This document shows positions 55,207 through 63,981 of a stretch of 64,000 nt of DNA, piece by piece. The DNA is from Candidatus Curtissbacteria bacterium (lineage in GTDB: Bacteria > Patescibacteriota > Microgenomatia > Curtissbacterales > GWA2-41-24), in assembly GCA_030647775.1 (NCBI GenBank), contig JAUSJC010000010.1, positions 433,334-497,333 on the forward strand, given 5' to 3'. Below the pieces are notes generated by a model. The model saw only the letters and a list, made by a program, of their open reading frames with translations, did no database searches and had not been told where the DNA came from. The stretch's first letter is position 1, and each line of letters opens with the position of its first letter. A program made the translations under genes and the position numbers.

Positions 55207-55452
55207 ATGGCACACAAAAAAGCAGGCGGAGCAGTAACAAAAAACCGCGACACAGGTGGAAAGCGCTTAGGCGTTAAGATTTACGGCGACCAAAAAGCCG
55301 CGCCCGGCAATATTATTCTTAGGCAGCGCGGTACCAAATTTTTCCCGGGCAATGGTACCAAAATGGGCCGGGACCACACGATTTTCGCTATCGTTCAGGG
55401 CATTGTAAAATTCAAGCAAAAAATCGGCAGAAAGTTTATTGAAGTAGTCTAA
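55207..55452 (+). CDS. rpmA: 50S ribosomal protein L27
   Basis: [24 protein letters not shown]. Confidence 0.95.
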   Translation: MAHKKAGGAVTKNRDTGGKRLGVKIYGDQKAAPGNIILRQRGTKFFPGNGTKMGRDHTIFAIVQGIVKFKQKIGRKFIEVV

Positions 55453-55457
55453 GTTTA

Positions 55458-56288
55458 ATGGAAGACTTCCAGATCTTCGAAATCGATATTGATATGTTGC
55501 AGCCAAACCCGCTGCAGCCCCGTGGTTTAATTACCCCCGATTCTTTAATAGAAATAGTTGACTCCGTCAGGGAACACGGTGTTTTGGAACCACTGGTTGT
55601 TGCCAAAACTCCGGCCGGTTATCAGATTATTGCCGGTGAGCGCAGGTGGCGGTCCGCAAAAATCGCCGGCCTTTCCAAGGTTCCGGTCATCATCAAAGAA
55701 ACCACTCCCCAGGGAATGCTTGAGATGGCTATCATCGAAAATGTCCAGAGGGTCGATTTAAATCCCCTGGAACGGGCCCAGGCTTTCAGGAGGTTATTGG
55801 ACGAATTCGGCCTTTCAACCGGTGAAATCGCCGTTAAAGTCGGCAAAAGCGCCCCCTATGTTTCCAATACCCTGCGGCTTCTTACGGTGCCGGATGTTTT
55901 AAAAGACGCCCTTGCTTCCGGTGCAACGACCGAAGGCCACGTCCGCGCTCTTGCTTCTCTTGAGGATCCTCATTTGATACTGGAAGCTTACAAACTCATT
56001 CTTTCTAAAAACCTTTCCGTCCGCGGAGCCGAAGAGCTTTCAAGAAAGATGAAAGCCCGCGAAAATATCGCGCCGAAACAGCAGCAGCCGCAACTCCGGC
56101 TTCAAAATGAAGATATGGATAACTACCAGGAAGAAATGACAGCCAAACTAAATACAGAAGGCGCCGGCGTCAAAGTTAAAATCAGCCAATCAAGGATTGA
56201 AGCAAAGATGTTAATTGTTGTCCGCGGCAAAGTTGAGGCGACTTCAGCGGTAATTAAGCGTGTCAGGGATGCCGTAATTAACTCTTGA
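55458..56288 (+). CDS. parB: ParB/Spo0J-like partition protein
   Basis: ParB box GVLEPLVV ... IIAGERRWRAA-like; HTH region. Confidence 0.85.
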   Translation: MEDFQIFEIDIDMLQPNPLQPRGLITPDSLIEIVDSVREHGVLEPLVVAKTPAGYQIIAGERRWRSAKIAGLSKVPVIIKETTPQGMLEMAIIENVQRVDLNPLERAQAFRRLLDEFGLSTGEIAVKVGKSAPYVSNTLRLLTVPDVLKDALASGATTEGHVRALASLEDPHLILEAYKLILSKNLSVRGAEELSRKMKARENIAPKQQQPQLRLQNEDMDNYQEEMTAKLNTEGAGVKVKISQSRIEAKMLIVVRGKVEATSAVIKRVRDAVINS

Positions 56289-56822
56289 GATGATTCTTAC
56301 CCCCTGGCTTTGACTGGTTTTAAAAATCGGGAAATAAATAAGCCAGGCTCTCCCTCTTATACTCTCTTTCTCAATCGGCCCAAAAACCCTAGAATCCGAA
56401 GATGAGCCCCGATTGTCCCCCAGAACGAAATATTGGTTGTCACCAAGCGTCACATTGATATTGCCCTGGGTCTGCTGTGTTTCGTAAGGTTCTTTTAGTT
56501 TTTGGTTATTGATAAAAATTGCGTTGTCTTCAACCCTTACATTTTCTCCCGGTAGACCGATGATCCTTTTTATAAAGTCAACGTCTCTTGGCCCCGGGGC
56601 CTTAAAAACAATCACGTCCCCCCTCGCCGGTTTATAAAGCCGGTAAGTAACTTTTTCCGTCAACAGGAGTTCGCCATCCGCAAAATTGGGAACCATCGAT
56701 TCGCCCTTGACCCGATGGGGCTGCACCAGGAAAATGTAAACGAAAAAGAAAATCGCCAGTGAAATTGCGATTGTTTGGGCAACTTCTTTGAAAGTATCTA
56801 GAAGAAAACTTTTTAAACTCAT
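56244..56822 (-). CDS. lepB: signal peptidase I
   Basis: GESMVPNF (catalytic Ser), RGDVIVFK, GLPGE motifs. Confidence 0.85.
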   Translation of the reverse strand: MSLKSFLLDTFKEVAQTIAISLAIFFFVYIFLVQPHRVKGESMVPNFADGELLLTEKVTYRLYKPARGDVIVFKAPGPRDVDFIKRIIGLPGENVRVEDNAIFINNQKLKEPYETQQTQGNINVTLGDNQYFVLGDNRGSSSDSRVFGPIEKESIRGRAWLIYFPIFKTSQSQGVRIISRVNYGIPDTLNYR

Positions 56823-56899
56823 AAAGTAATTGTATAATTTCTCAGGCGTTTAATGTAGAGCCAATCAAGGACAACTAGCTCAGCGCCTAATAATTATTT

Positions 56900-56972
56900 G
56901 CACGCATAGCTCAGCGGTTAGAGTGCTTGTATCACACACAAGAGGTCCCTGGTTCGAATCCAGGTGCGTGCA
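56900..56972 (+). tRNA. tRNA-Val (anticodon CAC)
   Basis: cloverleaf folded by hand: acceptor GCACGCA/TGCGTGC; anticodon loop aTCACac; T-loop TTCGAAT; no encoded CCA. Confidence 0.8.
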
Positions 56973-56988
56973 CACTGCCGCCTAATCT

Positions 56989-58185
56989 ATGGAGTTTATT
57001 AAATTACTTTTAATTGTCACTTTCTTAACACTCATCCCCGGCCAGGTTTTAAGGATTCCTCCGGATTCCTCATTTGGGGCCATAACCTTGACCGATATCA
57101 GCGTTTTGGTGCTTGATTTCTCTTTTCTTTTCTATTCGCTGGCCATTAAAAAATCGCTTAAATTTCCGCCAAAAATATTTTTCCCGTTTGCCATTTTTTC
57201 TGTCTGGTCTCTTGCCACGATCATTTGGGCAGCAAGGTTGCTTTCTGCCGGCGAAATTTTGATCTCCTCACTTTTTTTGGTGCGGTTTATCATTTATTTT
57301 TTTCTCGCGGTTATCGCGTTCAATATTGTTGAAAAAGATAAAATCAGGCGCTGGATAGAATTAATCCTTACGATCGGCGTCATTTATATCTTAATTGGGT
57401 TTGTCCAGTTTTTCACCATACCCGACCTTTCGTTTTTAACGCCTTTTGGCTGGGATCCGCACCAAAGAAGAATTGTCTCAACAGTTATCGACCCGAATTT
57501 TTCCGGATTTATTTTTGTTTTGCTTTTCTCGATGGCAACCTCTTTTTATTTTTACTCGGCAAAAAAGCTGCCGTATTTTATTATCGCCCTCGGTTCTTTT
57601 ATCGCCCTGATTCTTACTTTTTCCAGAAGTTCTTATCTGGCATTCATTGCGGCCATTGTCGTAATCGGAATTGTTAAATCAAGGAAATTGCTACTGGGGA
57701 CTCTTCTAGTCCTTCTTTTGATATTTACAATTGTCCCTCAAGTTAGAACAAGGGTTGTTGGCGCGTTGACTCTCGATGAAACAGCCCAGGCAAGGATCGA
57801 AAGCTGGCAAAATGCCCTTACCGTAACCCGTGACAACCCGTTTTTTGGTGTTGGTTTTAATACTTACCGTTTTACCCAGGAAAGGTACAATTTTTTCGCG
57901 AGCGATAATCCCGAAGGCGGCCATTCCGGCGGGGGAGTAGATTCCAGCCTTCTTTTGGTAAGTGCCACAACCGGCATTATCGGCCTTGCACTTTTTATTT
58001 TCTTTTTGGGATCAATTGTTAAAGCTGCCGCGAAAAATGTAAGCGCAAGTCCTCTTCACTTGGCAACGCTGGCGTCGGCAGCTGCACTTCTCGTGCATTC
58101 AATATTTGTAAACTCGCTTTTTTTCCCGCAAATTATGCTTTTAATTTTCCCGCTAGTCGGCCTAGCCGCAAAGGATGATAAATAA
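56989..58185 (+). CDS. O-antigen ligase-like (Wzy_C) polytopic membrane protein
   Basis: multiple TM helices; TFSRSSYLAFIAAIV region typical of the O-antigen ligase family. Confidence 0.6.
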   Translation: MEFIKLLLIVTFLTLIPGQVLRIPPDSSFGAITLTDISVLVLDFSFLFYSLAIKKSLKFPPKIFFPFAIFSVWSLATIIWAARLLSAGEILISSLFLVRFIIYFFLAVIAFNIVEKDKIRRWIELILTIGVIYILIGFVQFFTIPDLSFLTPFGWDPHQRRIVSTVIDPNFSGFIFVLLFSMATSFYFYSAKKLPYFIIALGSFIALILTFSRSSYLAFIAAIVVIGIVKSRKLLLGTLLVLLLIFTIVPQVRTRVVGALTLDETAQARIESWQNALTVTRDNPFFGVGFNTYRFTQERYNFFASDNPEGGHSGGGVDSSLLLVSATTGIIGLALFIFFLGSIVKAAAKNVSASPLHLATLASAAALLVHSIFVNSLFFPQIMLLIFPLVGLAAKDDK

Positions 58186-58240
58186 TATTTTCCATTTTAT
58201 CCGCCACCAAGTGAGGGGTGGCACCAGTGAAAGGGCTCAC

Positions 58241-58273
58241 GGCGGCGCACACCCCGCCCTTTTTGGAATCAAT
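58241..58273 (+). terminator. GC-rich hairpin GGCGG-cgcacacc-CCGCC followed by CTTTTT; candidate intrinsic terminator of the preceding gene
   Basis: 5-bp GC stem plus T5 tract, 56 nt after the stop at 58185. Confidence 0.35.
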
Positions 58274-58363
58274 CTCAATATCCGGAATTTTACTAGAACT
58301 CGAAAAGGGCTGGGGAGCACCGACGGGAGGGAAACTGGTGACAGGACCCCGAACAACAAAAAC

Positions 58364-59506
58364 ATGATACTTAAAATCTTTATCTTTTGGCGCATATCTC
58401 TGTTCGTACTGACATATCTTGGCTCGGTTATTTTCCCCAAAGTTGCCAATGGGGGAATTGGGGCAATCGGTCAGGGCAAAACTTTTGATTTCTTATCCTC
58501 TTGGGCCCAGTGGGACGGCGGCCATTTTATAAATATTGCCCGCCTTGGCTATTTTAATCCGCAGGAATACGCTTTTTTTCCGCTTCTGCCAAATTTAATT
58601 AGGTTTGTAACTATTTTTACTTTCGGAAATCTAGTCCTTGCCGGGTTAATTATCTCGAATGTTTCCTTTTTAGCGTTCCTAATCATTTTTCATAAATTGG
58701 TTAATAAAAAATTTGGCAGTCAGATTGCGAACATATCAGTTTTCACCTTTCTTACATTCCCATCGGCTTTTTTTGGAGTCGCCGTGTATTCCGAATCAAT
58801 CTTCCTGCTTCTTGCCGTACTCGCTCTATATTTTTTGGAAAGCAAAAGATTCTTATATGCGGCCCTCTGTGCGTCTCTTGCCGGCGCCACGAGGGTTGTG
58901 GGGGTTTTTCTTATTATTCCGTTCACAATATCTCTTCTGTCATTGCGAGGAGCCCTTCGACTTCGCTCAGGGCGACAAAGCAATCTCGAACAGATTGCTT
59001 CGCTCACTACGTTCGCTCGCAATGACATTGTTAAAGCGTTATTAATTCCCCTGTCGGTGTCCGGCCTGTTTTTGTATTCTCTTTATCTTTACCTGAAATT
59101 TGGCGACCCTTTTTATTTTTCAACCGTGGAATCTGTTTGGCACCGCTCCTTTGTTAATCCTTTCTCAACGATCTATTCTTATTTAACTATCAACGTTTTT
59201 GCCAAGCCGTTTAATGATTATCTTGATATTGCCGCTACCCTCGGATTTCTGGTAATTCTAGCCCTTGGCTTTAGGAAAATACCAAAATCGTGGTGGTTTT
59301 ATAGCCTTTTGGTTATCTTGGTTCCGGCCTCCACCGGAACCTTAACCAGCATGCCACGCTATGTTCTTTCGGCTTTTCCTGTTTTTATTTTGCTGGGGAT
59401 TTACCTAAAAGACAGGCAGATTTTGAGAATGATAACTTGGGGAATTTTTCTTGTCTTGCAAGTTGCTCTGGCTATTATGTTCGTCAATGGTTTTTGGACT
59501 GCCTAA
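58364..59506 (+). CDS. GT-C-fold membrane glycosyltransferase (PIG-V/mannosyltransferase-like) carrying an in-frame repeat insertion
   Basis: WAQWDGGHFINIARLGY resembles the PIG-V family motif; about 10 TM helices; start moved from 58175 because 58186-58363 is GC-rich, Gly/Arg-rich and lacks TM helices. Confidence 0.55.
   Translation: MILKIFIFWRISLFVLTYLGSVIFPKVANGGIGAIGQGKTFDFLSSWAQWDGGHFINIARLGYFNPQEYAFFPLLPNLIRFVTIFTFGNLVLAGLIISNVSFLAFLIIFHKLVNKKFGSQIANISVFTFLTFPSAFFGVAVYSESIFLLLAVLALYFLESKRFLYAALCASLAGATRVVGVFLIIPFTISLLSLRGALRLRSGRQSNLEQIASLTTFARNDIVKALLIPLSVSGLFLYSLYLYLKFGDPFYFSTVESVWHRSFVNPFSTIYSYLTINVFAKPFNDYLDIAATLGFLVILALGFRKIPKSWWFYSLLVILVPASTGTLTSMPRYVLSAFPVFILLGIYLKDRQILRMITWGIFLVLQVALAIMFVNGFWTA
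58939..59026. repeat. palindromic element with 11-bp terminal inverted repeats GTCATTGCGAG...CTCGCAATGAC and an internal hairpin AAGCAATCT-cgaac-AGATTGCTT, inserted in frame in the GT-C membrane protein gene
   Basis: contains the shared core CCCTTCGACTTCGCTCAGGG; encodes LRGALRLRSGRQSNLEQIASLTTFARNDI. Confidence 0.7.
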
Positions 59507-60770
59507 GAACTTTGCCGATATCGTGTCTTAGGTGCATGCCGGCAAAGTAGACACCCCCCGTGCCGATCGCGGAGTAAACTTTTCTGCGCGCTTCCGGCAT
59601 TGTTTTGCCAAATGCCGTAACTCCCAAAACCCTACCGCCGTTTGTCACAATTTTGCCATTCTCGTTTTTAGTCCCTGCATGAAAAACCTCAATATTCTCG
59701 CCACGGTTTATATCAAGTCCGCCGATAGTTTTTCCGGTTTTATACTCGCCGGGGTAACCTCCGGAAGCAAGCACTACGCAAAGCGCCGCACCCGTCCTGA
59801 AAGAGACTAGATTCGATTTAAGCGTTCCGTTCGCGCACGATTTCAAAACACCAAAAAGGTCAGAGGCAAGAAGCATCATCAGCGGTTGGGTTTCCGGATC
59901 GCCGAATCGGGCATTATACTCAAGCACTTTTGGACCATGGCCTGTAATCATTAAGCCCGCGTAAAGCACTCCTTTATAAATATGTCCCTCCCGGCGCATA
60001 CCGTCTATTGTCCGTTCAAGGATCGTTTCATAAATTTCTTTTTTTAATTTCGCGTCCATCTGTACCGGTGCAAAAGCTCCCATGCCGCCCGTATTGGGGC
60101 CGCGGTCACTGTCATTGATCCTCTTATGATCCTGGGCGGGTAGCATTGGAACAATCGTTTTGCCGTCGCAAAATGCCAGTTGCGAGACTTCCCGTCCAAG
60201 AAGTCTCTCCTGGATCAGTACTTCCCGGGAAGGTCCAAACTCTTCGTCCTTCATGATCCGCCGCAAAGCGTCTTGGGCTTCTTTCAAAGAAGCCGGTAAA
60301 AAAACTCCTTTTCCGGCCGCCAGCCCTGTCGCCTTAATGACGATCTTTTGCGGCCCGCGGGTTTTGATGTAATCCAACGCTTTTTTATAATCCTTGATAG
60401 CCAGCGATTTTGGGTGGGGGATATTGTGCCTTTCCATAAAGGCGGTTGCCCAGGATTTATCGGTTTCTAAAAGTGCCGCCTTGCGCGTCGGCCCAAAAAT
60501 TAGAAGACCGGCCTTTTCAAATGCATCGACTATCCCCGCCTCCAGCGGGACTTCCGGGCCAACCATTGTCAATGCGATTTTATTATCTTTGGCAAACTTT
60601 ACCAGTTTGTCTATTTCGCCGGCGCCAATCTCAACATTTTTTCCAAGTAGACCAGTTCCGGCGTTGCCGGGTGCAAAATACAAATCCGAAACCTTCCGCG
60701 ACTGCCTGATTTTCCAACCCAGGGCGTGCTCTCTTCCGCCGGCGCCAACAATCAATACTTTTGCGCCCAT
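59484..60770 (-). CDS. purD: phosphoribosylamine--glycine ligase PurD
   Basis: MGAKVLIVGAGGREHALGWKI N-terminus; ATP-grasp motifs. Confidence 0.9.
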   Translation of the reverse strand: MGAKVLIVGAGGREHALGWKIRQSRKVSDLYFAPGNAGTGLLGKNVEIGAGEIDKLVKFAKDNKIALTMVGPEVPLEAGIVDAFEKAGLLIFGPTRKAALLETDKSWATAFMERHNIPHPKSLAIKDYKKALDYIKTRGPQKIVIKATGLAAGKGVFLPASLKEAQDALRRIMKDEEFGPSREVLIQERLLGREVSQLAFCDGKTIVPMLPAQDHKRINDSDRGPNTGGMGAFAPVQMDAKLKKEIYETILERTIDGMRREGHIYKGVLYAGLMITGHGPKVLEYNARFGDPETQPLMMLLASDLFGVLKSCANGTLKSNLVSFRTGAALCVVLASGGYPGEYKTGKTIGGLDINRGENIEVFHAGTKNENGKIVTNGGRVLGVTAFGKTMPEARRKVYSAIGTGGVYFAGMHLRHDIGKVLRQSKNH

Positions 60771-61492
60771 TACTTGGAAAAGTTAACTTTCATTTTTACA
60801 ATTTTTGTATTCCCCGCAAGATCCACTGCTTTTATTTCCATATTGTTGTCTCCGGCCGCAAGCGGAACAAAGACTTCAAACGCCCCGTCCAGATTTGTGT
60901 TTGCCAAAAAGCCGTTTGCCCAAACCTGTACATTTTGATCGGTTTTTCCGGATACCCTGATGCGGTTATTCCCCGAAAAGCTCTGCCCGTCTGCGGGATT
61001 GTCAACGTCAAGCCTTGGTTCTTTGTGCAAAAACGCCACCTTTTTTACCTGGGAGAAATCACTTTCTTTCCCCTGGCCGGAAATTGCTTTCGCCGCAATG
61101 TTGTTGTCGCCGTCATTTAAAATAAAATCGTCGTATCTAAACTTTCCCGCTTGCGATGTTGTTTCGCCAACTTTTTCATCATTATCAAAGATTAAAATTT
61201 TACCGTCCGTTGCCGAAAAACCGGAAATAGAAAGTCGAGCACTGTTCGTCGCGTCGGGAAGCGGGTCAAGGATTGGTGCCTGGGGAATAAATTTATCGGT
61301 ACTTACTTGCTCTTGGGTTTTATTTTTAAACACCACATCCAAAAAATCGGCAAATTTCCCAAGCATGGGAACACCGAGAGTAAAAATAAAAATCAAAAGG
61401 AATATACTGACCACAAAAAGATAAACGATCTTTTTAACCGTTGCCTTTTCTTCTCTCCGGTTTAGCCTGTATAATCTCGAACTTCTTTTCAT
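60770..61492 (-). CDS. hypothetical membrane-anchored protein with a beta-rich (Ig-like) ectodomain; stop overlaps the purD start
   Basis: N-terminal TM; start trimmed to the internal Met so that it does not overlap tRNA-Thr. Confidence 0.5.
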   Translation of the reverse strand: MKRSSRLYRLNRREEKATVKKIVYLFVVSIFLLIFIFTLGVPMLGKFADFLDVVFKNKTQEQVSTDKFIPQAPILDPLPDATNSARLSISGFSATDGKILIFDNDEKVGETTSQAGKFRYDDFILNDGDNNIAAKAISGQGKESDFSQVKKVAFLHKEPRLDVDNPADGQSFSGNNRIRVSGKTDQNVQVWANGFLANTNLDGAFEVFVPLAAGDNNMEIKAVDLAGNTKIVKMKVNFSK

Positions 61493-61508
61493 AAGCAAAT
61501 TATACTTG

Positions 61509-61580
61509 AGCCGGTGGTGAGAATCGAACTCACGATCCACTGTTTACGAAACAGTTGCTCTACCACTGAGCCACACCGGC
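61509..61580 (-). tRNA. tRNA-Thr (anticodon CGT)
   Basis: reverse complement folds as GCCGGTG acceptor, TGGCTCAGTGGTAGAGCA D-arm, anticodon loop tTCGTaa, T-loop TTCGATT. Confidence 0.8.
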
Positions 61581-61639
61581 AGCCTAGCCCATTTTAGCTT
61601 TTTAAATCTTTCTATTCAAACTATAGTACAAGTGGGGAA

Positions 61640-62068
61640 TTAATACTCTAGCTCAACAATCTCAGCTTCTTTTTGAAGAATGACCTTTTTGAATCTATCG
61701 AAGAAACCAATTCCACCTAATAGTAAAGTACTCATATCATAACTAAAATCAACTTCGGTCCTGAAATGGAAACCCTGATCAAAAAATAATTCGATACCTA
61801 AGTGTCTATAAGTAATAATTTGATGGTTTCCGATACCTGTTGTCACATATTCTTTACCTTTTTTAACATTCAACCCTAAAACTTCTCCTACTTCAGCAGG
61901 GAATAAATTCCTGTCAGCACCACTATCAATTAAACCTGCAACAGGCCTAGTGAATTTGTGGTTTATTTTAAACATGAACCAAATATGTGGACGATAAATC
62001 ATTTCAAGGAATTTGCCTTCTTTATCTTGAACAACGAAGTTTATGTATTCCCCAACTAAAGTAGGCAT
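61640..62068 (-). CDS. retropepsin-like (clan AA) aspartic protease domain protein
   Basis: LIDSGADRNLFP contains the D-S/T-G-A catalytic motif; 142 aa. Confidence 0.65.
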   Translation of the reverse strand: MPTLVGEYINFVVQDKEGKFLEMIYRPHIWFMFKINHKFTRPVAGLIDSGADRNLFPAEVGEVLGLNVKKGKEYVTTGIGNHQIITYRHLGIELFFDQGFHFRTEVDFSYDMSTLLLGGIGFFDRFKKVILQKEAEIVELEY

Positions 62069-62251
62069 TTATGGAGCAAACGTGCCGATGAACGGAGGCA
62101 ATTTCATTAAATATACCTTTTGTTTTGTATTACCTAAAATTTTTAAAAGCCCTCGATATGTATCCGACGCGTAAATTACCTTGGACCTTTTCTCATCTAA
62201 AGCGATCCATTTGTTCGAGTATTTACGAATGTTTTTAATCTCCTTTTTCAT
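62069..62251 (-). CDS. DUF5678-like small protein, upstream partner of the retropepsin-like gene
   Basis: YSNKWIALDEKRSKVIYASDTYRGLLKIL matches the DUF5678 pattern (..kW.A...dk.v.asgd....l); 60 aa; directly abuts the protease gene. Confidence 0.5.
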   Translation of the reverse strand: MKKEIKNIRKYSNKWIALDEKRSKVIYASDTYRGLLKILGNTKQKVYLMKLPPFIGTFAP

Positions 62252-62398
62252 ATTAGTATTATATTACAACAAACAAACTATATTTTTCGATTAACCGTAG
62301 AGCATTAAGCGGGAGACGCAAATTATTTTGAACCGCTTCTCCCAGACATCCTGACACATTTTAGCAAGTTAATGAAGATTTGTATGTACAATAAATAA

Positions 62399-62647
62399 TT
62401 ATTTTTTTGGATCTAGTACCTCTCCTATAAAATGCACACCTTCTCCTGTAATTCTAATGCCTCTATCATCTACTTCACATAGTTGCGCTTGTGCAAGCTG
62501 TCCTACAGCAATAACGGTTTCTACTGTTAATCCCTGTTCAACTAAGGAAGTATCTATAACTCCCTTATCACCTAATTCACGAAGGATACGATATAATTCC
62601 GTCGGAGTGGGTTCTTCTAGGGCTAGTTCAACAGCTGCCTGGTTCAA
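62399..62647 (-). CDS. hypothetical protein (TTG start), possibly the 3' part of a gene interrupted by an in-frame TGA
   Basis: 82-aa ORF; an upstream 47-codon ORF (62647-62790) ends in a TGA immediately followed by this TTG. Confidence 0.35.
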   Translation of the reverse strand: MNQAAVELALEEPTPTELYRILRELGDKGVIDTSLVEQGLTVETVIAVGQLAQAQLCEVDDRGIRITGEGVHFIGEVLDPKK

Positions 62648-63045
62648 TCAAGTTCTTCTAGTTCTCATCTCGTCTTTTTCAGCAAGAGGTAGAGTTGTTT
62701 TACGATCTGGAGGAATACCCATTGGCCACTCCATAGCCCCTCTTGATCCACGCACAAGTATGCCTGCTAGTGTACATCTTTCAGCCATGCCCGCATCGTA
62801 TCAAAATCTGACGAGAATTTCAAATTTTAACTAACATTATAACTACTCACCATTATGATACGATTTCGTCATCTTGAGGCTGAAAGCCAAAAGGCCTAGA
62901 TTCTTTGCTACGATCAGAATGGCGACTTGTATCAGCAATGGTGAACAGTTACTTAACATTTTGTAAGAAAGGAGTAGGACTCGAACAAATTTGAGGCTAA
63001 ATATTGTTGAAGACATGATTGGAAGACGGGACACCCGATTAAAAT

Positions 63046-63107
63046 ACTATGGAGCGGGATACGAGAATCGAACTCGCGTCTCCAACTTGCCTGCCCGCCA
63101 GCTTGTG
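63046..63107 (-). pseudogene. tRNA 3'-half fragment (variable region, T-arm, acceptor 3' strand, CCA) without the 5' half
   Basis: reverse complement ...GAGACGCGAGTTCGATTCTCGTATCCCGCTCCA has a canonical T-loop and terminal CCA but no matching 5' acceptor/D-arm. Confidence 0.45.
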
Positions 63108-63180
63108 AGCGGTGGACCGGATTCGAACCGGCGACCTTCTGCTTGGGAAGCAGACGTTCTACCAACTGAACTACCACCGC
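63108..63180 (-). tRNA. tRNA-Gly (anticodon CCC)
   Basis: reverse complement GCGGTGGTAGTTCAGTTGGTAGAACGTCTGCTTCCCAAGCAGAAGGTCGCCGGTTCGAATCCGGTCCACCGCT folds as a cloverleaf; anticodon loop tTCCCaa. Confidence 0.8.
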
Positions 63181-63248
63181 AGGCATTGCAGGCGGGGGAA
63201 GCTGGCATACTACCATTGTATTAATCCCGCGATTATGAATAAAACAGC

Positions 63249-63285
63249 ATTCTGCCTAGGCCCGCAGTTCTGCATTGCAGAACGA
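63249..63285. repeat. 37-bp direct repeat TAGGCCCGCAGTTCTGCATTGCAGAACGAGAACCGCA containing the hairpin GTTCTGC-att-GCAGAAC; second copy at 63963-63999
   Basis: two copies with 1 mismatch flank the LysM gene. Confidence 0.7.
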
Positions 63286-63326
63286 GAACCGCATGGCTTT
63301 GTCTCTTAAACCACACCTGCGCTTGC

Positions 63327-63367
63327 ACTATTTTACTATAAACTATGAACGATGAACTATAAACTAT
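63327..63367. repeat. short tandem direct repeat (TATAAACTATGAAC x2, about 21-bp unit) immediately 3' of the LysM gene
   Basis: read directly. Confidence 0.5.
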
Positions 63368-63375
63368 GAACTAAA

Positions 63376-63981
63376 TCAGCGGGGAATTGTAAGTGTAGCA
63401 CCGGCAAAAATTAAAGGGTTGCCGTTTGACAGGTAGCCGACATTATTGGCTTTTGCCAAAACCGGCCATTTCCAGCCGTCGGCGTAGACCTTTTGGGCAA
63501 TAATAAACAGGGTATCGCCTTCCTGTACTTGATACGACGTTGCACTTAAATCCTTTATGATTACATCCGCCTCTGTTTTAGGCGGAACTTCCAAAGTTGT
63601 ATCAGTGTAAATTAAATCGGGGTAGATAATTGCATTTTTTACCGCCAGCACATTCCACATTGCCGGATCGCCGTAAGTTCTTTTGGCAATTACAGATAGC
63701 GAATCACCCTCTTTGACCTTGTATTCCCTCTTTGGCTCAAGCGTTTGGTTTTCTACACTTGTTTTTATACCATCACCGATTTCTCCCATCGGGCTGGAAT
63801 TTCTCGTTAGGAAACTGGCCACCAGAAATCCCAAAACGACGACAACAATCGCTCCAAGAAAAAGTCCGGTGTAGGATTGGTATGGGTTAAACTGTTTTAG
63901 TTTCTTTTTGAAACGCCTAAAAGTAGAATTTCTTGCCATATCAATTTGAAACAAGCTCTCTTTAGGCCCGCAGTTCTGCAT
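63376..63981 (-). CDS. membrane-anchored protein with two LysM peptidoglycan-binding domains
   Basis: YKVKEGDSLSVIAKRTYGD and YQVQEGDTLFIIAQKVYAD LysM signatures; N-terminal TM. Confidence 0.8.
   Translation of the reverse strand: MQNCGPKESLFQIDMARNSTFRRFKKKLKQFNPYQSYTGLFLGAIVVVVLGFLVASFLTRNSSPMGEIGDGIKTSVENQTLEPKREYKVKEGDSLSVIAKRTYGDPAMWNVLAVKNAIIYPDLIYTDTTLEVPPKTEADVIIKDLSATSYQVQEGDTLFIIAQKVYADGWKWPVLAKANNVGYLSNGNPLIFAGATLTIPR

Noticed and set aside
58175-58363. N-terminal 63 codons of the 443-aa ORF as coding sequence
   Set aside because: The segment is GC-rich and Gly/Arg-rich, has no TM helix unlike the rest of the protein, and contains terminator-like hairpins. The internal ATG at 58364 is more plausible.
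62640-62655. UGA recoding (genetic code 25, as in some CPR lineages) suggested by the TGA-TTG junction
   Set aside because: Many well-supported genes here terminate at TGA exactly where the downstream gene begins (mraZ/rsmH, ftsL, murD neighbours), so TGA functions as a stop. Standard code 11 fits.
63046-63107. tmRNA (tRNA-like 3' end with CCA)
   Set aside because: No matching 5' acceptor strand or tag-reading-frame region upstream; the adjacent sequence is an intact tRNA-Gly.
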